From assembly GCA_009103225.1 (NCBI GenBank), contig RHPI01002368.1, forward strand, positions 74,841 to 138,840: DNA of 64,000 nt, in the 5' to 3' direction. The notes beneath the pieces were generated by a model. The model ran no database searches. It had not been told where the DNA came from and saw only the letters and a program-made list of their open reading frames with translations. Source of the stretch: Chlorokybus atmophyticus. Lineage: Eukaryota; Plantae; Mesostigma and Chlorokybus algae. The translations under genes were made by a program, and so were the position numbers. Of this stretch, positions 23,165 through 33,544 are shown piece after piece. Each line of letters starts with the position of its first letter. The stretch's first letter is position 1.

Positions 23165-26100
23165 ATGAGCTACTTTCGCAGGTGTTTTTGCCGCGACTGC
23201 AAAGGGAGCAAAGTGTTCACACACAACCACATTAGAAGGGCTGAATATCATGAAAACTTTGGCAAAAACATGTGGTGTGGCACTCCAGAAGCTGTTGCTC
23301 CTGAATACCGTGATCGACTACAACCCCATGAACTTGAAGAAGCTGATGCTGCTGTTGCTGCTGCATCCTTACACATGTCGTCAGGTACGAGAGAAACTTC
23401 TCTACAGCTTTGAATCTATACAACAGGCTGTCTGATCATTGATCTGGCTTGCCCCAGGTGAAGCTCTCCATGACACCGAACAATTGCTAGTTGGGAACGA
23501 CGCTACTGAACATGTTGACACAGGCACGCCGTTGCAACCGAGTGTTGAATCTCCTTTCAATGTTGCAGCCAACTTGCAACCAGCAGGTACGACCTGACTT
23601 GCGTGGCATGTTGACATTGCTGATGCTGTGCCTCTCATTGTTCATGTGCCACTAGACTCATTGCAGCTGGCAGGTTGTGATCCGTGTGCTCATGAAGGAC
23701 AATGTGCTTATGGAGAACAACGCGGATCTCACCCAGCATTTTGTGGAATTGAGAATGCTACATTGCAAGAGCATCAAGGTGCCAGAACCAAATCCACAAA
23801 TGGACAAGTAGAGCCTGAGACGCCAGTGCACTGCACCTCCACTGCTGAGCAAGTCGATGCGGAGCAAGGTGATGCGGAGCAAGGTGATGTTGCCGGCGAA
23901 GACCAAGACTATGAAACCGATGTGGAATCGCAGCCGGACGAGGCTAAATGCGTTGATGATGCCATGCTACTTGACAAGGTGAATGCTGCGTTGCTGGATA
24001 ATNAGCAACCCTGGTGATGCGGATCAAGGTGATGTTGCCGGCGAAGACCAAGACTATGAAACCGACCGTGGAATCGCAGCCGGACGAGGCTAAATGCGTT
24101 GATGATGCCATGCTACTTGACAAGGTGAATGCTGCATTGCTGGATAATGCAAGCAACCCTGTTGTTTTCAGCTCTCGTACAACCCCTCTAGGCATTTCCA
24201 TGCTGCTATTGGTTCTGGCGCAGCTACATCGAATACCCTTCAATTGCATGAATCAACTGCTCAGGTTGGTGGGCAGATTACACAGCTGACTGCTGAAACA
24301 TCAGCCTGTTCAGAACTGATGTGTTTCTGTGTGCCAGGTTGTTGCGTGGCATCCTCTTGCCTAAGGAGAATAAGATGCCAGGCAGCATGCACGAGCTATT
24401 GAAATGCCTTGAAGGCCTCAACATGGGCTTCCACACATATGATGCCTGTCGCTGTGATCACATGTTGTATTGTGGCCGACATGCCAACATGATACTTTGC
24501 AAAGGTGAGCAATTGTTGCAAATGTTCACTACAATGGGATTTAATTAGCATGTCCCATCAGCATACGACTTGCTTATGCAGTCTGCAAGGCCCCTCGCTA
24601 CCGCAACATAGGAGGTAGACAAGTTGCATGGAAGATTGGGCGTTACTTTGACGTGCCTGCTGCGCTGAGGGCTCTGTACCTAAAACCTAGTGTTGCTGCG
24701 GAGATGATGGCGCACACAAATCGAAGTCAGGATGGGATTATGCGATCTATACACGGTAACATTGCCAAGTTCAGTGGTATATGAGGCACGACTGTGTGCA
24801 TGATTGTGTTGGTAAGCGGCTGGGGCAGTCCAATGCAAGCCCTCAGTGTCCGTGCCTTGTGCTTTTGTGTGCGTGGCGCTGAGGCAGCATGTAAGACCTC
24901 GGTGTCCTTGCCTGTGTTTGTTTGTGTGTCGGCGTGGCGCTGAGGCGGCATGTAAGACCTCGGTGTCCTTGCCTGTGTTTGTTTGTGTGTCGGCGAGGTG
25001 CTGGGGCGGTATGTAAGACCTCAGTATCCAGCCTTGCGATTGTATGCATGTTTGAATGTGTTGTGGGGCTGGGGCAGTTGGTCGTAAGCCCTTGGTGTAC
25101 TTGCTGCTGTCAGACTCGCCAATGTTCAAGGACACTGAACAACGCTACAGCCGATTTGCCAAAGAACCACGCAATGTGCGCCTAGCGATGTTCATCGACG
25201 GGATGAGCCCGTTCAAAGATCCGCACAAAGGTATAAAAGAGCATTTTTCTTCCTGTATGCTCGTTGCAGTGTAACTGTACGAATGGCAGCTAAGGGTTTG
25301 TTGAGTTGCAAGGGACTATGAGTTTTGGGTTGTCACAATCTCAGTGTTGAACCTGCCCATTGCCAAGATGCACAAGACAGACACTACATTTCTAGCTGCT
25401 GTAATTCCTGGACCCAAACAGCCAGAGAATCTACAGGCTTATCTCAAGCCAATTATTGACCAGTTGGGAGATCTCTGGGAAGGTATGGTTTCAACGCAGC
25501 TAGGATAAGCAGCTTCCATTACTGCAGTCATGCCTGACAAATGCGCACGACTAAGGCATGTAATCTGCTGGCATTTGTTATAGGTATAGACATATATGAC
25601 AGCCACCGCGACGCAGTTTTTCGTTGCAGATCTATTCTGCAGATTGTAATCCATGATTACCCAGGTACTCAAGCAGCAGCAGTGTTTGCACTTACTGTTA
25701 CCAGTGTCTGACTGTATCTGTATATTGGACTGTCTTTGCAACCATGGTTGTGGCTACTGAAGTACATTTTGTTGGTTGCGCAGCTCTGGCAAATTCTGCC
25801 TTGCAGATGGCGCATGGAGCCATCTTTGGCTGTTCAAAGTGCGAGTGCAGTGGAGAACATGTGGAACTTCTCAAAAAGGTGATCTATCAAGGCCACCGCC
25901 GGTACCTACCGGATGACCATCCTTACAGAGTTGATGAGCGTTGGCCGCATCCAGAACACAGACCTCCACCACCCATGCGGACTGCAGAGAGCGTGTACAC
26001 GTGAGCAATCTCAATTGATTGCGCATTCGGTTGCAGAACATAGGTATGTCAGCAATGGATGCCATGTGATCAGGTATGCTATGACATCTCGCAACAGCAA

Positions 26101-29100
26101 GCGTCCACTGCACTCCAAGAGACATCCTTCAAAGACCTCCGGCATCCTTGGACTGAGCTGTTTTCACGACCTTCCATATTGGCTACCGTTACAAAAATCT
26201 GTCAAAGGTCATGTGGTTGGCCCTATGCACATTTTTGCCAACCTGGCAACCAACTTTGCAAATCTCCTAGCTGGCTTGCGCGACAGCATCGAATCACGAG
26301 AAAATCTGCAGCAGCAAGGCCGCATGCCTGCACTCTGGCTAGAGGTACGTATGTAGTCCGCCTCGTTGACATGTGCCATAGTTGGATTTAACTAAGGACT
26401 TGAACCTATGTGCTGCAGACAGAGATGAAGATGAAGGATGGAAAGGAAGTCGCAGTCAAGGTAAAACCCCAGGCTCCATGGACAATCACAGATGTAGGAC
26501 TGGTTGAGCAATTGCTCTCCGGCGTGAGGGTTTCAAGCACTTTCGGCTCGAAACTGCAGTCTTTCACAAAGCATTTAGGTGAGATAGCCGTTATATGTTT
26601 TGTGTTTACGCTAAAGCAATGATTCTCCATGCATGGACAACTTTTGACATGGAGCATGCAGGCTCGATGAAATCGCACGACAAGCACAACTTATGGTCGG
26701 TCGTTTTTCAGTACGTGCTGCGCTCTGCACACGACATTGGAGAAGATCAGAAGAGAACCATCTTCAAACTATGCGACATCTATCAACGGCTGACTGCATT
26801 GGAAGTAAAGCAGTCACACCTCGAAGAATTGAAGGTTGGCTTTAATAACACTTTACTCTGCATGCCCAGCTCATATGGCATGCATAGCTTATTACTTAGT
26901 GCAGGTGCTAGTGCATGAGGCACAGTCTGAAGTGGAGCTGTTCTTCCCGCGAACTTCTTTCACAATGATGCTGCACCTCCTTGGCCATCTACCAGAGCAG
27001 TGCATGTGGCTTGGTCCGACGCGTGACCACTGGGAGTGGGCACATGAACGCTTTATGCAGTGGGTGAAGCGCATGATATTTGCAAGGCAGCATGTGGAAG
27101 CAAGCATCTGCAAAAGGCAAGTTTTGTGTGAGCCCACTGAGAGTTACGTGCAAACTTTCCACATTGTTTGCCTTGTTCAAGTGCCAGTTGCATCTGCAGA
27201 TACTCTATCCAGCTCATGCTGAACACTTACATGGACACCTTGAAGCGACTTTTCTCCGACATCAGTTTGCGATCGGGCAAGCAACGAGATGATGACGACT
27301 ATGTGCTCTGCGGACGGAGACACCGTATTGAGGTTGGGGATAAAGATAGTAAGACAAGGCAGGAGCTCGAGTGGTGGTTGGCTGAGAATGACGATGAATA
27401 CAGGCTGTTAAAAGAGTAAGTTGCTTTGGGAGTTGCTGTTTTGTACGTGATGTCCAACGCGCAGACAGTATGATTTATTTATGGGTTGCTGCTACACAGA
27501 GAGTTCAGTCGGGAGGTGAACAAACGCAGGATGGCAAGGGAAAGGGCTCAAAAACAAGGACATGTCGTGGCAAAGGACATGGAGCATATGACTGAGCTGC
27601 ATCACTGGCGTGGACCTGCTAGGGAGCTTACAAAGCACGAGATGGAGCTGTTGAGCGGTCCAATCTTTCCAAAGTACATCAAGCGATACTTCAGAGCACG
27701 CTACAAGGACATCGGTCAGTTCAGAGCAGAGGAAATGGAGAAGAAACTCCGCACCATGGACTGTGGCGTGTTTACCGTTGGGCGTGACTCAGATGACCCA
27801 ACCAAGAAGATCCATTGGTATGGCAGGGTGCAATCTTTTGATGTTGTGGTGATAGCTGGTCGGGAGCACCAGCTGCTCAGAGCTAGGTGGTACATGAGCA
27901 ACCAAGTCCAGCACAGTGGAGGATTTGCAATCCTAAGAAAAGACAAGCCCCGCTTTGCAGAACAAACCTACCTTGATTGCAACCTGGTAAGTGGCTGTGT
28001 TGCAATCGTTTTGGCGTGTGCTTGGTGTGATGATAGTAAATTGAAATAGTAGTTTGAAAATGGCTGATGAATATTTTTTTCCTTCTTGCTGGCAGGTCAA
28101 GGGCCAGTGGTTTGAGGGAATTGATCCCCATGACAACAAAGTAACAGTAGTGCTTGTTAAAGACATGCGCAGTCTCATGCGTCGAGGCATGCACCGGGAC
28201 ACTCCGGTAAGAGGAGAGTTAACAACGTTGTCCATTAGAATCTGGATGTCCTCATATATCCTGGGTTTTTGCATCACATACAGCCATCTTGTGTAATTGG
28301 TGCAGGGTGCCCAAAGCGAAACCAATAGCGCCTCGAGCGAGGTGTCATGGACCACACGCCGCGACTGGCATTTTGAGTACAAGAGGTACTGTTTGCGATT
28401 GTGATGCCTCATATCCCTACTGTGAGACTGTAGACCTGGCCACTGAACCTTTGTTCACAGGATGAGACCGAGACTGGAGCTGGATGCGTTGGAACATCGG
28501 GAACATGAAGACTACTGCTTTGTCTGCAAGGATGGGGGCACCATATCTGGCTGCGATGTGGAAGGTTGCTGGAAAAGCTACCACGCGCACTGTGTCTCTA
28601 TGCCACCTGTGGAGGATGAATATTGGGAGTGCCCAAGGCATGAGTAAGTGGACTTCATTGCAGCAAATGCTTGGCATCTTGTTGTGAGGAACTTCACTCC
28701 TAGAACCATCATCACTTGTACTGAACCAAAACACAGGTGCCATGTGAGGAACTGCAACGAAGCAGCTTTTCAAGTCTGCGAGACGTGTCCAAACAGCCTC
28801 TGTCAACGGCACGCTGTGGGTAGCATGGTTGAGGTTACGTGCTCGCGATGCACTGCGTACGAAGAAGGTGGTGCTCCAGCGCAGCTCCCAAGGGAGAGCC
28901 TTGCTCGTCGTTCTCTGCCGGGCAATTGCGGTAGGGTTTCACAACCTGTGCAGAGTGGGGTTCAACACGTTGAAGAGAGTGGGGATGAGGCTAACAATGG
29001 TAAGCTGCTGTGTGCTTGAGCTTGTTGATTTGCGTTGTGGTTCTTGCCCAATTGAACCATTTATGGCTGCAGAGGCAGTCACGATGGAAGTTGACGAAGA

Positions 29101-30336
29101 AGACAAAGAGGGCTGTAATCAGCAACCCACGACGGCTGCGGCAATTGTGGACCTCGTGGGCAGCGATGATGATATCATGGTGCTGGACGATCCAGTCAGC
29201 AACCCGCAGCCGTCAACACCGCAGCCACTGTTCATTTACCCTAGTGCAAGTGCACGTGATGCGGTGCCAGTGCTTGAAACGGACAGGAGGTTGCTGGATG
29301 GCAGACAAGAGCTCAATGACACCATCCTCCACTTCTTTTGCAGGTATGTGATTTGTTGCGTCTGTGTTATTCGTGTATCTCATATGTACGTGGGATGCAC
29401 ATGCAGATACAAGGAAGAGGAAATCTTAGGCAGAGCAGATGGCATTCAGGTGAAGCTGTTCCACCCGCATTTCTACACCAAGATCGTGCGCTGCCATAGA
29501 CAAAATGACTGGCACACGAGCAATCACAGGATAGACAGGTGGGAGAGTGATCCGTTTGCCAAGGACTTGCTGGGAGTGATTGTCAACCCAGACACGCGGT
29601 GAGAATAAGCGCCAAGAATATCTTGCTGAATTGCTGCTGTATTTGCAAACTGGAATTATTTTGATTGTTCACAGGACTCACTGGAGTCTGCTGCTTGTGT
29701 GCAATCCTGGAGGCCAACTTGGAAGTGACACGCCGCCTTTACTCGTCCATCTCGACTCCCTTGGCCTGCATCGCAACGTTGATGGACCTATGCGCGCTTA
29801 CCTTGACTACATGTGGGGCAGAAAGCATGGAAGTGACTCACAACAACGGTTCTCTCCCGAAAACGTACAGCTTCTTGTACCACAGGTAGCACACGTTGCA
29901 TTGCACTAGTGATGAGTTTGCATGCATTCTGTCACAAGCACTGATTCAATGCATGCACATGCATTTGGTTTGCAAGCATTGACACATGTTTGTGCAGGTC
30001 CCTCAGCAGAAGGATGGAGTTGCGTGCGGGTTGTTTGTCATGCTTTATCTTGACAAGTTTATAGATGGGGTACAAGCTGGTCCAATTGACCCAAACGCAC
30101 GGATATTTCAACAGGTACAGTTCATGCATGTGCACTGCAATGTTTACAAGTGGAAGGTGCTTCAATGGCACTGTCGTGTAGGCCGACACGTGCTTAGTAA
30201 CCACATGTTATTGCTGTGTGGTTGTGTGCAGATGCAAAGGAGTTGGTTTCATCCTCAAGTGGCAGACAGGTTGAGAAGACGATTGCGAACACTCATGAAC
30301 AGTATGTTAGCGCAGCAAAGACATGAGTTGAGCTAG
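23165..30336 (+). CDS. Multi-exon CACTA transposase (Transposase-associated Zn domain, Transposase_21, DUF4218, DUF4216-like) predicted to be fused to PHD-C5HCH and Ulp1/C48 SUMO protease
   Basis: CFCRDC..H; TYDACRCDHMLY; FAKEPRNVRLAMFIDGMSPF; VIPGPKQPENLQAYLKPIIDQLGDLW; VIHDYPG; YQGHRRYLPDDHPYR; GSMKSHDKH; FFPRTSFTMMLHLLGHL..WEWAHERFM; WYGRVQSF..LLRARWY; CFVCKDGG..C..C..YHAHC..WECPRH-C..C..C..CP..LC..H; ELNDTILHFF, HWSLLLV, LDSL, PQQKDGVACG. Splice phases checked from 27987 to 30336 are compatible. The D.MH motif reads GPMH (26219-26221). Confidence 0.9.
23865..24160. repeat. Near-identical tandem copy of about 140 bp with an N at the junction; likely assembly overlap
   Basis: gcaaggtgatgttgccggcgaagaccaagac...ttgctggataat twice, N at 24003. 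Confidence 0.7.
24810..25095 (-). repeat. About 61 bp minisatellite in a transposase intron, inverted relative to the related 15290-15610 array
   Basis: Reverse complement unit gacaccgaggtcttacatgccgcctcagcg matches gacactgaggtcttacagaccgccccagcg. Confidence 0.88.
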
Positions 30337-30529
30337 TAGTAGCAGGTGGTGTGTAGCATAGCAATGCTGTAGTCCATATCAGAGCTGTCCCCCACCATCA
30401 ACTCAAACCAGCTGTGTAGAATTGCTGAGCAACTCTGGCTTTGACATATACTAGACTGTATATTAGAATTAGCAGTGCAATCTACTTGGTTTTCAATCAC
30501 ATTCGGGACTTGGCCAAAATGAGAGTATA

Positions 30530-31134
30530 TGTTTATTCGTGTGGGGTTGAATATTCACTCACAGCTAGGAGTTACTGCACAACGTATTGCTTGGTTTTGG
30601 AATGGTGTTGAAAATTCACTCAAAGCTAGGACTTAGTGTGAATCGTATTGCGTAGTTTTAGATGGGTGTTGAATGTTCACTCACATCTGTGGCATGAAAC
30701 TGATGAAGGTTATGAATATACATGTGTGACAAGCTGATCAATTGATTATTCACGGGCAGTTGGGACTTGGTGAGTTTAAGCTGTCTGTTATAGCCACAAG
30801 CTTATGCCCCTTCATGAATGTTCAGGCAATGTGTAGCTGAATATTTAGCAGAGCACATGCTGTGTCCATTCACAATTGCATGCCCTTGAACATTCAATCG
30901 GTTTCAACTGAATATACGAGGTATATGGGTTTTGAAAGGTGGCATTGATTTATCGTGTGGATATTCACGCGATTTATAGGTGAATGTCGCGATTTCGTTT
31001 TGGCAGGGATTGCACAAAATGTACGAAAACACTTGAATATTCACTCGATAAAAAGCTGAGACGGTAAATCCAACGATTATTCAGTGCGTTTGCCATGAAT
31101 TTTCAAAAATTCGGGGGTCTCATAATTACCGGTG
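30530..31134. repeat. Right subterminal repeat field and TIR
   Basis: Repeated gaatattcac/gattattcac motifs ending in AATTACCGGTG. Confidence 0.87.
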
Positions 31135-31778
31135 TAATCGGGGCTATTTTGGGAGTTGTGTGGAGTGGAGAAGGACTAGTGGAAGGAGTGGGCATCCATG
31201 TGGCAGTCAAAGAGCTGGTCATGGAAACGGTCTACTCATCATTAAAGGCGTGGATTAGAGGTGGAGCTGGAGGAGAGCAAGTCCAAGTAGCTTTGACCAT
31301 GTTCTAGTGTGCATTTTTAATTGGTTGTGCTAGATAAAGACATGTGTCATTGACTTGTTCATTGTACAAGTAGTGTGATCCAACAGATATAGCTATCCAA
31401 TCAGCAAGTTACCATACCATACCAAGTTGCAAGTGCCATACAAGTGCCATAACGCTAGTGCAATACATCTTCTTGTGTTGTATGCGATTGGTGCCTTAGC
31501 TGAGACTGTTGTTGAGAGTGTGTGACACTAGCACATACCATCGTGCCCTGCTCAACAAGGAAATCTACAAGAAGGACGCGGACGTCATCATCACCCTCGT
31601 GTAGCTTGTTCACCATACATGTAGCTAGACATGCTAGTGTGTAAGTTACGGGAGCATACATTGCATGAAGTTGCAGTGTTGTGTATGAGTAGCAGCATGG
31701 TGGACATGTGCTGGTGGGTGCATTGAGGTAACATGGCAGTCAAGGAGACGTGGCGCTACAGCTGTCATGCTGGTGAAG

Positions 31779-32520
31779 GTCTTGAGCTAGGTTGTTGCGG
31801 GATATGACTACATGCAGGGCAATAACAGACTGTGGGCTGGTTGTAGGCATGAGGTAGTTAGATATGCTTGTAAGAGCATATATAGACAATGATGTCTGTT
31901 GGGTTCAATGATGGGAAGGTAGATGAGGAAGTTATTGAGTGGGGGGAAGTGCATTTGGCGAGTTACAATCAATGTAACCGGACATCAGCGGACCCAGATT
32001 TGATGTGTGTAATCGGGGCTATTTCCGGAGTTGTAAGTGGAGAAGGACTGGTGGAAGGAGTGGGCATCCATGTGGCAGTCAAGAGCTGGTCATGGAGACG
32101 ATCTACTATTATTGAAGGCGTGGATCAGAGCTGGAGCTGGAGGAGAGCAAGTCCAAGTGGCTTTGACTATGGTCTAGTGCATACCTGGTTGGTTGTGCTA
32201 GATTCGGACATGAGAGTTGTGTTGTTGACTTGTTCATTGTATGAGTAGTGTGAGAACAGATGTAGCTATCTGGTCAGCAAGTTACCATACCAAGTTACAA
32301 GTGCCATACATGTGCCACTAGTGCAATACATCTTTGTGTGTTGTATGCAATTGGTGCCTTAGCTGAGACTGTTGTTGTGTGAGTGTGTGACACTGGCGCA
32401 TACCATCGTGCCCTGCTCAGCAAGTACATCTACAAGAAGGAGGTCATCATCATCATCACCCTCGTTTAGACTGTTCACTACACATGTAGCTAGACATGGT
32501 AGTGTATAAGTAAAAGGAGC
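31779..32520 (+). repeat. Uninterrupted second copy of the repeat that served as the transposon target
   Basis: Contains gatgtgtgTAAtcggggcta with a single TAA at about 32008. Confidence 0.9.
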
Positions 32521-33256
32521 ATATATTAAAGCCTTCTCATGCTTCTTTCACCAGTCATGCAGCTCCACCTTTAACACCACCGTAATGGTCCAACAACATC
32601 TTCATCCTTCATGTCATTGTTGTCCAAATCCAAAGGCTCCACGGTACACTTGTCGTAGTTGGTTGCCATCTTCCAGGACTCACCCAACCTCATCAGACTC
32701 AGCTAGCACTCGCTGAGCCTACTACCGCTATCACGCCTCCAGACACTTGCTTGACCAGCGTAGTGTGGGCCCATAACCTGTTAAGATTCGGACAAGCTAC
32801 TACACATGCAAGGAGCTGGTGCAAGCATGAGAACAAGCATGCTCACGCGACATCTTGAGCATGCACATAAGGTTGATTAAAAAGGCTTTTCAAGGATTAC
32901 ATCAAAGTAATACCGCGGGCTTTTATACCCGCCAGTCACACACCTGTCTACTTTAGGCGTCACCACAACTTCTACACTTAACCAACTCCTGCACTCCAAG
33001 TTGCGCCACGTAGCTACATTTAAGAGCTTTCCAACAAGCCCTGCCACGCGGCATATAATGACGCAACTACGAAGTTACAAGACTTCTACCGCTACGCCCA
33101 GAACCTTCAAGACTCGAGATCATGTCTGCGCCTGGACCATCTCAATTGAAGTCCGCGCCTGGACCCTTCTCGACTGGAACCTTCTCGCGCCTGAATCTTC
33201 TCGCGCTTATTTTCATTCATGGGGCAAGCTGACCGGATACAAGAATATTTTCAACA
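32520..33256 (-). mobile_element. Truncated Ty1/copia 5' end: LTR (32779-33256), PBS and decayed gag start
   Basis: TGTTAA...TTCAACA termini; minus strand reads AACA-GGTTATGGGCCC (copia-type internal iMet tRNA PBS); downstream MATNYDKCTVEPLDLDN..RMKMLLDHYG resembles the copia gag N-terminus. Confidence 0.72.
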
Positions 33257-33544
33257 GAATTGCACTGCGTGATCTACCCTCCATTTGCCGTAATAAGCAT
33301 GTATGCTGCACAAACATCCAAACAACGCTTAAAGGCTTGGAAAAACTTCTTACATACAAGCGTTTAACTATACCAACGACCCTACTGGTACAAGCACAGT
33401 TACGGGTGCGGCTACATGTATCGCCGTGTGAGCAACTGCTGTTGCAATACCGTTTGCTTGAGGCTATTAAGGTGATAATGAATGTGCTTAAAATATGCCC
33501 TGCACACCGTGTCCCACGTGCAGTGCTTGGGCAATTAGTAGTCC

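Larger units (their letters stand above)
8737..31134. mobile_element. 22.4 kb CACTA/EnSpm-superfamily DNA transposon with chromatin-related cargo genes
   Basis: TIRs CATTGGTAATTCTGGACCCCCCGAATTT (left) and CACCGGTAATTATGAGACCCCCGAATTT (right, reverse complement), 43/57 identical ungapped. 3-bp TSD TAA at 8734-8736 and 31135-31137. Subterminal TATTCA(C) repeats at both ends; internal Transposase_21-type gene. Confidence 0.93.

Noticed and set aside
23865-24160. Biological duplication in the transposase
   Set aside because: Near-identical copies separated by an N; probably an unmerged contig overlap
8737-31134. Giant-virus or Polinton/Maverick endogenisation
   Set aside because: No polB, capsid, ATPase or rve integrase; 3 bp TSD and Transposase_21 indicate CACTA
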